64,000 nucleotides of DNA, from positions 1,612,001-1,676,000 of the forward strand of contig UYFQ01000001.1 of the NCBI GenBank assembly GCA_900617105.1. The letters run 5' to 3'. Within the stretch, counting starts at the first letter, position 1. Each line of letters begins with the position of its first letter. Source of the stretch: Hydrurus foetidus (Eukaryota). Shown piece by piece: positions 1 through 9,372 of this stretch. The notes beneath the pieces are model-generated. The model worked only from the letters and a program-made list of their open reading frames with translations. It did no database searches and was not told the origin of the DNA. The position numbers and the translations under genes are program-made.

Positions 1-545
1 CCCAGCTTGGTGATCGGCAGTCAGTTGCCGCCCGTTGGGGTTTGATTGCGGCATCAACCAAGGCGTTGAACCCCAAGCTGTCGACATTTAACGCGCGCAG
101 CGAAAGCATGGCCACGGCCCCAACCTTCAGCGGTGCTTGGGCCAAAGGCCAGCGCTGCATTGTGCCGGCCGAGGCAATCTACGAGCCGGACTGGCGCAGC
201 GGCCGCCACGTGCCAACCCGCCTGCAGCGCGCCGACGGCCAGCCAATGGGCATTGCCGGGCTGTGGGACTGCTGGGCAGCACCCACCGGCGAAGTGACGA
301 TGAGCTTCACCATGCTCACCATCAACGCTGATGCACACCCACTGATGAAGCACCTGCACAAGCCACAAGACGAAAAACGCATGGTCGTTGTATTAAGCGA
401 AGCGCACTATGACGAGTGGTTAAACCCGTCGACCACCGCCACTGCAGCCAATTACCAGAGGTTGCTGCAGCCCTACGCCGCTGACCAACTGACGGCCATT
501 AGCGAACCCAGCCAAGCCACACTGGACAACCCCGAGTTATTTTAG
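1..545 (+). CDS. SOS response-associated peptidase (SRAP/YedK family), 5'-partial
   Basis: Frame open from the window edge; RWGLI, TFNARSE, RCIVPA, AGLW, SFTMLT and RMVV motifs. Confidence 0.85.
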   Translation, partial: QLGDRQSVAARWGLIAASTKALNPKLSTFNARSESMATAPTFSGAWAKGQRCIVPAEAIYEPDWRSGRHVPTRLQRADGQPMGIAGLWDCWAAPTGEVTMSFTMLTINADAHPLMKHLHKPQDEKRMVVVLSEAHYDEWLNPSTTATAANYQRLLQPYAADQLTAISEPSQATLDNPELF

Positions 546-568
546 CGCCGAGAAGTTGACTCCGAATT

Positions 569-622
569 GCTATTTATTTAATAGCTGCTAGCGCCTGTAT
601 TGATTGGGCTACAGGTCAAATT
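569..622 (+). repeat. Family-1 ~54-bp two-hairpin REP-like element
   Basis: GCTA-N9-TAGCTGCTAGCGCC...GGGCTACAGG. Confidence 0.85.
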
Positions 623-653
623 AGGCTGTATTTTCGGTGCTTTTTCGTGTTTT

Positions 654-1325
654 TTACGGATTCAGCCACTGCATCGTGCAGCTGCTTTCCGGCGAGTCGT
701 CCAACCAACTAAACGCCGCGCGACGCTGGCCGCGCGTGTGCAGGTGCAGCCATTCAAGCCGCTGCACAGCAACTTGCAGCACAGCAAAATGCGGCTCGGC
801 CACTTGCAGCTCGGCAGGCTCGGGCTCACGGCCTTCCACCTGCGCAGGCAAGCCGCTGGTCGGACCGGCACTGATGCCGCCCGGCTGCGCGCCCAGGTAG
901 CAGCGCAGCGAACTCGGGCGCGATGCAGCCCACCGCTGGTGGCTGACTGCATCGTTGGCATGCACGCTGGCCACACCGGCCACGCGCAACTGAGTCTTTC
1001 GGGCGGCATCATAAAAAGTGAGCGCCACGCGGTTATCAAGGGCTAGCTCAGGCAGCTTGGCGCTGCGCGTGTCGGTATGAAAAGTCAGCAGCCGCGCCAG
1101 CACGTCAGCCGCGCGCAGCACCAGCACCCGCGCCTGCGGGCCGTCTGCACTTTGCGTGGCAAACACGGGTGTGTGAAAGGCTGAGCGCCGGTCTTGTACA
1201 CCCCGGCCGATCATTTGCCAGGCAAACTTTAAAGTAGCAGCCAGGTCGTTGTGGTGGTCCGGGAAAGGCTCGTCGGCACGCTCGGCGGGTTGCAGTGGTT
1301 GCGTCGTTGGGGTTTGAATTTGCAT
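654..1325 (-). CDS. Pyridoxamine 5'-phosphate oxidase-like FMN-binding protein
   Basis: PQARVLVLR, FHTDTRSAK, QLRVAG, EWLHL motifs. Confidence 0.8.
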   Translation of the reverse strand: MQIQTPTTQPLQPAERADEPFPDHHNDLAATLKFAWQMIGRGVQDRRSAFHTPVFATQSADGPQARVLVLRAADVLARLLTFHTDTRSAKLPELALDNRVALTFYDAARKTQLRVAGVASVHANDAVSHQRWAASRPSSLRCYLGAQPGGISAGPTSGLPAQVEGREPEPAELQVAEPHFAVLQVAVQRLEWLHLHTRGQRRAAFSWLDDSPESSCTMQWLNP

Positions 1326-1442
1326 CGTTTGAGTTTAGTTGGCTGGCCGACCGCTGGCTGGAAGGGCACAGCACTTTTTCCTACAAAAACCCGGCAAGCC
1401 TGCTGCTGGCAAAAGGGGCTGATGGCGCCTGTAATAGGTTGC

Positions 1443-2345
1443 ATGCCTCAAGTCATTCAAGTTAGCCAAACCAGTTCGAGCACTACTTCTACTGCAGGGT
1501 TAATTTCCGCGCGCTTGTCAAAGGCCTGGCACTGGCTGGATGCCGTGCTGGCTCCCACCGCCATGCCACCCGGCCCGCAGCCTGCCGAGCAAGGGTTGCA
1601 AGCCAGCGCAGTGCGTATACCCGCAGCCGACGGTTTGCAGTTGTTTGGCTGGTACGCCGCGTCAAACTTGCCAGGACCACGCCCAGCGGCAGTGCTGCTG
1701 CACGGCTGGGGCGGCAACGCCAGCAATTTGCTGCCCGCCGCCATCACGCTGCATGAAGCCGGCTACGCCGTGCTGCTGGTGGAGGCTAGAAACCACGGCC
1801 GCAGCGACCACGAAGGCCATTCGTCACTGCCCCGCTTTGCTGAAGATTTAGACAGCGCCATTGACTGGCTGGCCGCGCAACGCGGGGTAGACGCAGGCGC
1901 ACTGGTGGCCATGGGCCATTCAGTCGGCGCGGCGGCGGCGTTGCTGTCGGCATCACGGCGCAATGACCTGGCCGCCGTCGTCAGCGTGTCTAGTTTTGCC
2001 CACCCCGAGCAACTGATGCAGCGCTGGCTGGCCGAGCGGCGCGTGCCGTACTGGCCGCTGGGCTGGCTGGTGAACCGCTACCTGGAGCGCATCATCGGCG
2101 CCCGGTTTGACGACATCGCCCCAGTCAACACTCCGGCAAAAACCACCTGCCCGATTTTGCTAGTGCACGGCCTGCAAGACACCACCGTGCCCGTGATGGA
2201 CGCGCACCGCATCTGGCAAAACCGCAGCACCGCCCAAGCCACGCTGATGGAATGCGAAGGCACCCACGAGTCATTTGACGACCCGCACGCTGTAACGCGG
2301 CAGATTCTAAATTTTTTAGAGCCTGTGGTGAGGATGCGGGTTTAG
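1443..2345 (+). CDS. Alpha/beta hydrolase
   Basis: HGWGG, GHSVG nucleophile elbow, HGLQD; start placed at ATG 1443. Confidence 0.85.
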   Translation: MPQVIQVSQTSSSTTSTAGLISARLSKAWHWLDAVLAPTAMPPGPQPAEQGLQASAVRIPAADGLQLFGWYAASNLPGPRPAAVLLHGWGGNASNLLPAAITLHEAGYAVLLVEARNHGRSDHEGHSSLPRFAEDLDSAIDWLAAQRGVDAGALVAMGHSVGAAAALLSASRRNDLAAVVSVSSFAHPEQLMQRWLAERRVPYWPLGWLVNRYLERIIGARFDDIAPVNTPAKTTCPILLVHGLQDTTVPVMDAHRIWQNRSTAQATLMECEGTHESFDDPHAVTRQILNFLEPVVRMRV

Positions 2346-2372
2346 GTGACTGGTTTGGCGGAGTGACTGTGC

Positions 2373-2426
2373 GCTATTTATTAAGGAGCTGCTTGCGCCC
2401 GTATTTATTGGTCTGCAAGGTTGTTT
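2373..2426 (+). repeat. Family-1 element, left arm of an inverted pair
   Basis: GCTATTTATTAAGGAGCTGCTTGCGCCCGTATTTATTGG. Confidence 0.85.
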
Positions 2427-2474
2427 GCTTCTAAAACAGCAGCAAACTCCGGATGCAACAGTAATTTTTGAATC

Positions 2475-2528
2475 AATTAGGCCGCCATCCGCCGTTTAAT
2501 GGGCGCAGGCAGCTATTTATTTTGTAGC
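2475..2528 (-). repeat. Family-1 element, right arm of an inverted pair
   Basis: GGGCGCAGGCAGCTATTTATTTTGTAGC on the + strand. Confidence 0.8.
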
Positions 2529-2684
2529 GTACGGGTTGCCTGAAGCCGCGCCGTGATGACGCCAACTGCATTGCCCGTAAAGGGCTTGATCGACACGCGC
2601 GCACCACCGCGCCATGCAAAATTGTCACTGCTATAAACTGGCGGCTACACGCACATCAGGTACTTGGCCGAGGGAGTTTGCCCC

Positions 2685-3362
2685 ATGCAGTTGACACCGC
2701 AGCGCGAAGAAATTGACCACCGCACCATCAAGCTGCTGGTGGGCGTGATTGCGCTGACACTGAGCAGTTTGACCAGCTTTTTTGCGGGCACACCCATCTC
2801 ATCCATCAGCGCCGCGTACCACGTGGGCGGCTGGGCGCAAAGTTTTTTTGTTGGCTTTTTGTTTGCCATTGCAGCGTTTTTGCTGGCCTACAACGGCCTG
2901 TCTTTTCGAGAAATGGTCATGAGCAAAATCGCAGCTTTGGCGGCCGTGGGTGTGGCGCTGTTCCCCTGCAAATGCGACCAGCAGACCGAGGTTTTGCCGT
3001 ATGTTCACGCCGCTGCGGCCACCACCATGTTTGTAATGCTCGCCGGTTTTTGCTATGTGTTCTACAAGCGCGCACGCCAAAAGGGTTACCCGCAAGCCAA
3101 CATGCGGGCAACCATCTACGTGCTGTGCGGCGCAGCGATTGTCAGCGCCATGCTGCTGCTGGTAATTGACGCGTTGACCGGCGGCACGGTGAAAGCAGCA
3201 TTGACCAGCCTGGGGCTCAACGGCGCAAGACTGACTTTTTACGTGGAGCACACCGCACTGATCGCCTTCGGCATTTCATGGCTGACAGCCAGTCGCGTGC
3301 TGCCAGTCATTACCCGGCCAGATGAACGCTTTTCACCGCTTGGAAGTATGCCGGGTGCGTGA
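2685..3362 (+). CDS. Multi-pass membrane protein of unknown function
   Basis: About six hydrophobic segments, SISAAYH motif; AGGGAG RBS before ATG 2685. Confidence 0.7.
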   Translation: MQLTPQREEIDHRTIKLLVGVIALTLSSLTSFFAGTPISSISAAYHVGGWAQSFFVGFLFAIAAFLLAYNGLSFREMVMSKIAALAAVGVALFPCKCDQQTEVLPYVHAAAATTMFVMLAGFCYVFYKRARQKGYPQANMRATIYVLCGAAIVSAMLLLVIDALTGGTVKAALTSLGLNGARLTFYVEHTALIAFGISWLTASRVLPVITRPDERFSPLGSMPGA

Positions 3363-3478
3363 GTAAGTTCAGGGCCAGGCGCAACAGCTGATGCGATTTG
3401 TTGAATTGCCTGATATCAGTCCTGGGTGTGGCTCGGGAAAGTTGAAGCAATGTGACAGCTACCCAAGCAAGCCGGTTC

Positions 3479-3532
3479 GCTATGTAAACAGGAGCTGCTC
3501 GCGCCCGTATTCAATCGCTTAGAGCCGATTCA
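3479..3532 (+). repeat. Family-1 element
   Basis: GCTATGTAAACAGGAGCTGCTCGCGCCCGTAT. Confidence 0.8.
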
Positions 3533-3533
3533 A

Positions 3534-3821
3534 TCAATGATTTTGCAGCTTTTCTTGCAGCCAGACTTTAATCAGCGACTGATACGGCACATCACGCGAG
3601 TTGGCCGCCACCTTCAACGAGTCGAGCAAGTGCTGCGGCAACCGAAGTGAAATCGTCTTGGTGGTTGGCTTCAGGTTGGGCAGCGCCACCTTTTTGGCTT
3701 TTGACCAATCGAGGTGTACGGTAGAGTCGCGGCCGCTCCCTGCCTCCCAATAAGCGCGCTCATCTGCTTCGCTGGTAAACGAGGGTACGGCTTTCGAGGC
3801 GGGTTTAACTGGCTTGGTCAT
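3534..3821 (-). CDS. BrnA/CopG-type ribbon-helix-helix antitoxin
   Basis: TKTISLRLP...VPYQSLIKVWL; overlaps the toxin gene. Confidence 0.85.
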   Translation of the reverse strand: MTKPVKPASKAVPSFTSEADERAYWEAGSGRDSTVHLDWSKAKKVALPNLKPTTKTISLRLPQHLLDSLKVAANSRDVPYQSLIKVWLQEKLQNH

Positions 3822-4113
3822 AAATAGCTCGCTCCTTTCGATGCAAATCTCTGGCGGAAATCACCCGAATCAACGTGCCCAATTGGCGCAATGTAAAACT
3901 GATGTGCAAACCGCGTCCACTGTCTGTCATGCCCAAAGCGTGCAATCGCCGTTCATGTTGACTATGCACAGCGTCTTCAACCAGCAAAAGCGGGGAGTTG
4001 AAGAAAACCTGTTCCGCCTCCGCTGCAGACACCCCATGCTTGTCGTTCTTACGGGCGTTTCCTGCATCCCAATCGAAGCCTGTTACTTTGTTTAAATCGT
4101 CGGAAAGCGCCAT
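3805..4113 (-). CDS. brnT: BrnT family toxin
   Basis: FDWDAGNARKNDKHGV...IRVISAR; operator-like palindrome GTATAT-N7-ATATAC at 4118-4136. Confidence 0.9.
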   Translation of the reverse strand: MALSDDLNKVTGFDWDAGNARKNDKHGVSAAEAEQVFFNSPLLLVEDAVHSQHERRLHALGMTDSGRGLHISFTLRQLGTLIRVISARDLHRKERAIYDQAS

Positions 4114-4144
4114 AATCGTATATTACCAGCATATACATTTAGCC

Positions 4145-4429
4145 ATGAAGCACGCCAATCTTTCTCACGCCTCTGACCAAACACCTTGGCCATGGGTGGG
4201 GCTTAAAGATGTCAGTCAGCCTGAGTTTTCCAATGCCCTGACGCAGCAGCTGGGCAAACACAGCACCACCATCATGCTGGACGACGCAGTGGTACCAGCC
4301 TACGAGACACGCGCAGGTGGGCGCGGCTACCAAACGCTGATTAACGAAACTCTGCGTCGTGGCTTGCAGGCAGATGCCGCCAAGGACGATTTGCGGTAGG
4401 TGATTCGTGAGGAATTGCGGGCGGTTTGA
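4145..4429 (+). pseudogene. Degenerate BrnA-family antitoxin
   Basis: TIMLDDAV...GYQTLINETLRR; in-frame TAG 4397-4399 followed by VIREELRAV. Confidence 0.65.
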
Positions 4430-4437
4430 CGGTAGGC

Positions 4438-4491
4438 GCTATTTAATTAATAGCTGGTTGCGCAAGAATCTATTGGTCTGCAAGGCTAAAT
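4438..4491 (+). repeat. Family-1 element, left arm of an inverted pair
   Basis: GCTATTTAATTAATAGCTGGTTGCGC. Confidence 0.75.
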
Positions 4492-4584
4492 GATGGTTTA
4501 TTTTGACCTCCAAAGAGCGTTTCAGTAGTCAGTTTGGCTTTGAAACGGGTTCAATTTGGCCAAATTTCGCCATTTTCAGGGGCT

Positions 4585-4638
4585 TTTTAGGCCTCTAGCC
4601 GCCTGTTTACATGCGCGAGCAGCTATTTATTTGGTAGC
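4585..4638 (-). repeat. Family-1 element, right arm of an inverted pair
   Basis: GGCCTCTAGCC...GCGCGAGCAGCTATTTATTTGGTAGC on the + strand. Confidence 0.8.
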
Positions 4639-4646
4639 ATTAAATT

Positions 4647-4972
4647 ATGAAAATCAAACTTGATTCTGCAAATCACAAACCTCGCCAAAGGGCCGAATCG
4701 ACGCGGCGCGGCTGGACGCCACCACCGAAAGCCAGTTGGCAGCCCAACAAGCCAGCGACGACAGCGCCGCCATGCGAGACGCAGCGAAGTAACTACGTCG
4801 AGTTCGCCTGCGCCTGGGGTTAACACAGCAAGACCTGTCTCAGCGCATCGACGTATTGCTAGAGACCATCCGCAATTGGGAGCAAGGCAAACGCAGCCCG
4901 ACGGGAGCGGCGAAGGCGCTGCTGCGGGTGCTAGATCGGGCGCCTGAGGCTGCGTTGGGGGCTCTCGGCTAA
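4647..4972 (+). pseudogene. XRE-HTH (HigA/MqsA-like) antitoxin pseudogene
   Basis: Manual translation gives RLGLTQQDLSQRIDVLLETIRNWEQGKRSPTGAAKALL; frameshift near 4680 and TAA at 4790-4792; absent from the ORF track. Confidence 0.8.
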
Positions 4973-5010
4973 CAACAAACACGCGTTTTCAGCCAATCAG
5001 CTGGTTGCAG

Positions 5011-5756
5011 CTAAAGCTCGCTTTTTAGCAAAATGTTTTGTACGAGATCAGAAATGACTTCTTCTGCGGTTACTGGCAAAACAACGATGGCGGACGGGTG
5101 AGCAGCAGAATTTCGAATGTCCAATTTAGCTTTTAAAGTTTTTGCGGTCGACTGACTAATTACGCTGGCCCCTTTGGCAACCGCTATAACAACAGACTCT
5201 TTAATGTCTTCAAAATCCGAAAACTTAACGACTGCCTTTTCACTCTTAGCCTGAATCGGCAAACGAGCGTTGAAAGCGGCTAAGTGGCTGTCAAAAATAA
5301 AAGTACAGATGTGGTGGTACGCCAGATTCCAACCCATAACAATAGCTGCCCGATATGCCTCATTTGCAAAACAGACATTTGCTTCATGCAGGAAGGTCTT
5401 TTGCTGAGTGTTGGTAATTTTTGTTTCTAGCAACTTGAGCTGAGTCAATATTTGCTTCGTTTCAAAAATCTTGGGCAGCTTCGCAGCTATGCTCTCTCGC
5501 GAACTGCTATTAAGTTTGAACCCCTTAGTTGTTCCCAGAACCTTTTTACAAAACCCTTCGTCATTGACGTCAATTGCGAACTAGCGTTGCTTGGCTTAGC
5601 AATGTGCATCGAGTCGAAGGCGGCATTGATATCCGAAGCCACAAATTTTTCTTTTCCTTTAGCCGTATGAAGGTAATACCCAACAATAAGAATCTTTTCG
5701 GATACAGGTAAGCTGTCGAAGCCGCCGATTTGTTTGACGAATTCTGGCAGTTGCAT
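5011..5756 (-). pseudogene. Split gene: putative wHTH N-terminal part plus HEPN-like C-terminal part
   Basis: ORFs 5487-5756 and 5011-5448 join through a -1 shift; YRAAIVMGW and RNSAAH (RX4H) motifs. Confidence 0.6.
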
Positions 5757-5758
5757 CG

Positions 5759-6397
5759 TTAACCTGCGCTCAATGCCTCAAGGTCTTTTTCGCCAATATG
5801 GTTTATAAACGAATGACCCATTTCCTTGCCTTTGCTTAGCTTCTTCAATGCCCGAAGATTGCGAATTGGCTGATCAGGATCATCAGGAAGCGTCCACTTG
5901 AGATATTTAAATGCTGTGTACCAGTGCAAAATATTTATCTCTGAAAGTTTTAAATGGTCTTTGTACCAAAGAGCAACTACGAGATACTTCTTCAGATCGT
6001 TTTTTGGACTTAGGCCAGCAACAAACTCTGATAGATTGGGAGAAACTAAGTCAAAACGAATATCGGTTAAAACGTCGTAGGTTTTGACTTTTTTCGACTT
6101 TTTAGGTGTCGAAGGCGCTCTGGCAACGACATCTTCAACCAAACCCTCATCTTCGGTTAAATCGTCTTCCAGTTCGTCAGCACCTCCCACTGCTTCGCCG
6201 TTTTGGTGAGCCGCCGAGGTGTCTGATTTGATTCGCCTAGCGACGGGCACTGTGCCGTTGCCACCTTTCGAAAAGGCTGCAGCTAGAGTCTTCATCGTGT
6301 CTTGAATGGAGTCATCAGACCCGTCCATTTCAAACTCAAAAACGCGAACTTTGACGCGTGCGTTGCTGGAAGAACTTTTAGGTATTTGCTTAGCCAT
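5759..6397 (-). CDS. Hypothetical protein with acidic linker and possible C-terminal winged helix
   Basis: 212-aa AT-rich ORF ending 2 nt before the next start. Confidence 0.7.
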   Translation of the reverse strand: MAKQIPKSSSSNARVKVRVFEFEMDGSDDSIQDTMKTLAAAFSKGGNGTVPVARRIKSDTSAAHQNGEAVGGADELEDDLTEDEGLVEDVVARAPSTPKKSKKVKTYDVLTDIRFDLVSPNLSEFVAGLSPKNDLKKYLVVALWYKDHLKLSEINILHWYTAFKYLKWTLPDDPDQPIRNLRALKKLSKGKEMGHSFINHIGEKDLEALSAG

Positions 6398-6475
6398 TGC
6401 GGAGCCCTTGATTAACTTGTAAGTAATTGAAAATGTAAACGAATATTTGATTTGCACCAACCAGACCGAGCCATC

Positions 6476-9163
6476 CTAAAATTCCCCGCCCCCACTCCCA
6501 TGCGCCAAGCTCTCAAACTTGGTGATGCGGTTGATAAACGCGAGCTTGACGGTGCCTGTGGGCCCGTTACGCTGTTTGCTGATGATGACTTCGGCCACGC
6601 CGGGTTCTTTGCAGGCTTCTTTGGTGTAGTACTCGTCGCGGTAAATGAACATGATGATGTCTGCGTCTTGCTCAATCGCGCCTGAGTTATGTGTGACCAC
6701 GCCGTCGGCCAACCACGATTCAGGGCCGGGCACGGTCAAGTCAAACACTTCTTTCTCGCCCATAGGCTCTATCGCCACAACGTGGTCCCAGAACAGATCT
6801 GATTCCGCCCAGGTGAGCAGTTGCGGGGAAGAAAGAATATTTGCGTAGTCGCGCATCATGTCGCGCGATGGCGCAAAAGAAAAATGCGATGAACCGCCAT
6901 ACGACGTGCCGCGCATGCTGGCCATCATGCGTTGCGACACACCTTGCTCTTTCATAGCCTGCTTGACCTCTTCAAACACCATTTGTGGCAGCGTATCAAC
7001 ATTGGTGTTGGCGCTAAGGCTGGTCAGCCTGCCGCGCAATTGGTGGGCGGGCTCTACGCGCGGGCCAAAAGCGCCAACAACGGTTAAAAACCGCAGCTGT
7101 TGCTGACTGCCGCTGACGTCGACATTCCAAACCGGTTGACCTTTTCTTTGCACCACGCAGCGTAAACGCGCGACGATGCCCAGACGCATCAGCAAACTTG
7201 CCACCTCGCGTGCCAAACGTTCACTGCAAGTTGCCAAGTAAATACGGGCTGAGCCGATGCTGCCCACAGGACGCACATGGATACAACCGTCTGTCGCCCA
7301 AAGATGCTGCAAGAACAATGCGATTTGCGAATTACTCAGCGTAAACATGCTTTCTGGCAAATGCTTGTCTGCCGAGCGCTGACCAAAAATACCCAAATCC
7401 TTCAGCCATTTGCCCACGCCCGCTGGGTGCCAGCGATTACCGTTACCCGCAATCACCAATTGATGCCACTGGCCGCGCCCCACGTGCCGCGTGACAGTTG
7501 AACCCAAAGCAATCGCCGCTGTTGTGACCGCTTCGCTGTTTTCTTCTGACGCTGTGGTGTAGCGCAAAGGCTGATGTTTGATGTAGCTGCCATCACCCAC
7601 CAAATGCGCCAGCAAGATCAACTGAGCGTCTGGCCACGACTGGGTTACTGCTGGCTCTGGCAGTTGGCGAGCCAACGCCATGCGGTCCCCGATCACGATA
7701 TCTTTGATTTCTTGCCAGCCCTGCCCTGTAAGCATACGATGGCCTGCAGTGGCCTGAATCACCCGGCCGCTGGCCAAGCTGACACGAAACACGTCTTTGT
7801 GGCCGACAGACCAAACGCAATCACTGCGTGCGGCCACCAATTTTTGCTGCGCGTTGACAGCATAGACTTCAGGCGTGGTGCCTACCAGCTGCGCGATCGG
7901 GACGCGTCTTCCATCGGTCAGGCAAACCAGCGTGTCACCCGTGACGCATTCCCTCAAATCGCTCATCATGGGGCGTTTGTCGGTGCGGCTTTCTACCCCC
8001 CGGCTGAGCTGCGACAGGGCTATCACCGGGCATTGCAGCTCTTTGGCCAGCATCTTCAGGCCGCGCGAAATTTCGCCTACTGCCGTAGCGCGGTTCTCAT
8101 CGGCCATGCTGCCGGACACGCTCATGAGTTGCAAATAATCGACCACGATCAAACCGAGCTTGCCGCACTGCTTGGCCAGGCGGCGTGCGTTGGCGCGCAG
8201 CTCGCTGACCGTCAGGCCCGGCGTTTCGTCAATGTGCAGCGATATGTTGCGCAGCTTTTCAATCGCCTCGGTCAGGCGCGGCCACTCTTCGTCGGTCAGT
8301 GCGCCGGTGCGCAAATGGGTTTGGTCAATGCGGCCAATCGAGCCGACGATACGCACCGCCAGTTGCGACGCACCCATCTCCATCGAAAACACTGCAACCG
8401 GCAGGCCTTCGTTTAGCGCGACGTGTTCGGCTATGTTGATTGCCAATGCGGTCTTACCCATTGAGGGTCTCGCCGCCAAAATCACCAAATCACCGGCCTG
8501 AAAGCCGGATGTCATGCGGTCTAAATCGTAAAAACCTGTGGGCACGCCCGTCACATCGTTCGGGTTCTCGCTCATCTCGGTCACGCGGTCAAGCAGGCTG
8601 ACCACCAGCGTGTCCATGCTCTGAAAACCTTCTTTCATGCGGGAGCCTTGCTCGCCGATTTTGAAGATTTTTTGTTCGGCTTCGTCCAATATGGTGGCGA
8701 TGTCTTTGCCTTGCGGGCTGAAGGCGTTGGTCGATATTTCGTCGCTGGCGGCCACCAGTTTGCGCAAGATCGAACGCTCACGCACGATCTCTGCATAGCG
8801 CCGAATGTTGGCGGCGCTGGGCACGTACTGCGCTAATGAATTGAGGTAGCTCAAGCCGCCCACTTCGTCTGCCTTGCCCTGGTTTTGCAGGTGCTCGTAG
8901 ACGGTGATGACGTCGGCTGGTTTGGTGGCGTTGATCAGTGCGCCGACGGCGGCATAAATCAGCTTGTGCTCGGCGCGGTAAAAGTCCTGGTCGGTCAGCA
9001 AGTCACCTACGCGGTCCCAGGCGGCGTTGTCTAGCAGCAGGCCGCCTAATACGCTGGACTCGCCTTCAATGGAATGCGGCGGGATGCGGAGTTGGGCGAT
9101 TTGGCGGTCGGAGCCATAGCCAGAGTTAGCGGGTTGGTCGAAGACTGAAAGTACGGCGGACAT
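6476..9163 (-). CDS. dnaB: Replicative DNA helicase DnaB with intein
   Basis: PPHSIEGE, AARPSMGKT, VVDYLQL, LSQLSR, SDLRE/SGAIEQDAD. Confidence 0.98.
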   Translation of the reverse strand: MSAVLSVFDQPANSGYGSDRQIAQLRIPPHSIEGESSVLGGLLLDNAAWDRVGDLLTDQDFYRAEHKLIYAAVGALINATKPADVITVYEHLQNQGKADEVGGLSYLNSLAQYVPSAANIRRYAEIVRERSILRKLVAASDEISTNAFSPQGKDIATILDEAEQKIFKIGEQGSRMKEGFQSMDTLVVSLLDRVTEMSENPNDVTGVPTGFYDLDRMTSGFQAGDLVILAARPSMGKTALAINIAEHVALNEGLPVAVFSMEMGASQLAVRIVGSIGRIDQTHLRTGALTDEEWPRLTEAIEKLRNISLHIDETPGLTVSELRANARRLAKQCGKLGLIVVDYLQLMSVSGSMADENRATAVGEISRGLKMLAKELQCPVIALSQLSRGVESRTDKRPMMSDLRECVTGDTLVCLTDGRRVPIAQLVGTTPEVYAVNAQQKLVAARSDCVWSVGHKDVFRVSLASGRVIQATAGHRMLTGQGWQEIKDIVIGDRMALARQLPEPAVTQSWPDAQLILLAHLVGDGSYIKHQPLRYTTASEENSEAVTTAAIALGSTVTRHVGRGQWHQLVIAGNGNRWHPAGVGKWLKDLGIFGQRSADKHLPESMFTLSNSQIALFLQHLWATDGCIHVRPVGSIGSARIYLATCSERLAREVASLLMRLGIVARLRCVVQRKGQPVWNVDVSGSQQQLRFLTVVGAFGPRVEPAHQLRGRLTSLSANTNVDTLPQMVFEEVKQAMKEQGVSQRMMASMRGTSYGGSSHFSFAPSRDMMRDYANILSSPQLLTWAESDLFWDHVVAIEPMGEKEVFDLTVPGPESWLADGVVTHNSGAIEQDADIIMFIYRDEYYTKEACKEPGVAEVIISKQRNGPTGTVKLAFINRITKFESLAHGSGGGEF
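6686..7948 (-). mobile_element. 421-aa intein with LAGLIDADG homing endonuclease
   Basis: Starts CVTGDT, block B TAGH, LAHLVGDG and LQHLWATDG helices, VFDLTV, terminal HN, +1 Ser. Confidence 0.95.
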
Positions 9164-9242
9164 CGGTTTTGGGCTTCCTCAAATAGGATTTTTTAGCAGG
9201 CTAAATAGTACGCCAGCAGAAGCAGAGCAGCTTGTATAAAGC

Positions 9243-9251
9243 TGTGGATAA
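9243..9251 (-). promoter_or_regulatory. Perfect DnaA box upstream of dnaB
   Basis: TGTGGATAA on +, i.e. TTATCCACA. Confidence 0.6.
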
Positions 9252-9326
9252 GCTCTGCAAATGGGGTGTAAATGTGGCGGGAAGTTGTGGGCAACCAAGC
9301 AGCACGTTCAATCGCAAAAAACCCAT

Positions 9327-9357
9327 AAAAAAAGCCGCCCAACAGAGCGGCTTTTTT
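9327..9357 (-). terminator. Intrinsic terminator after rplI
   Basis: A-run, GCCGC stem, 8-nt loop, GCGGC, T-run. Confidence 0.85.
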
Positions 9358-9372
9358 AAAGAGGCGAAAAGC

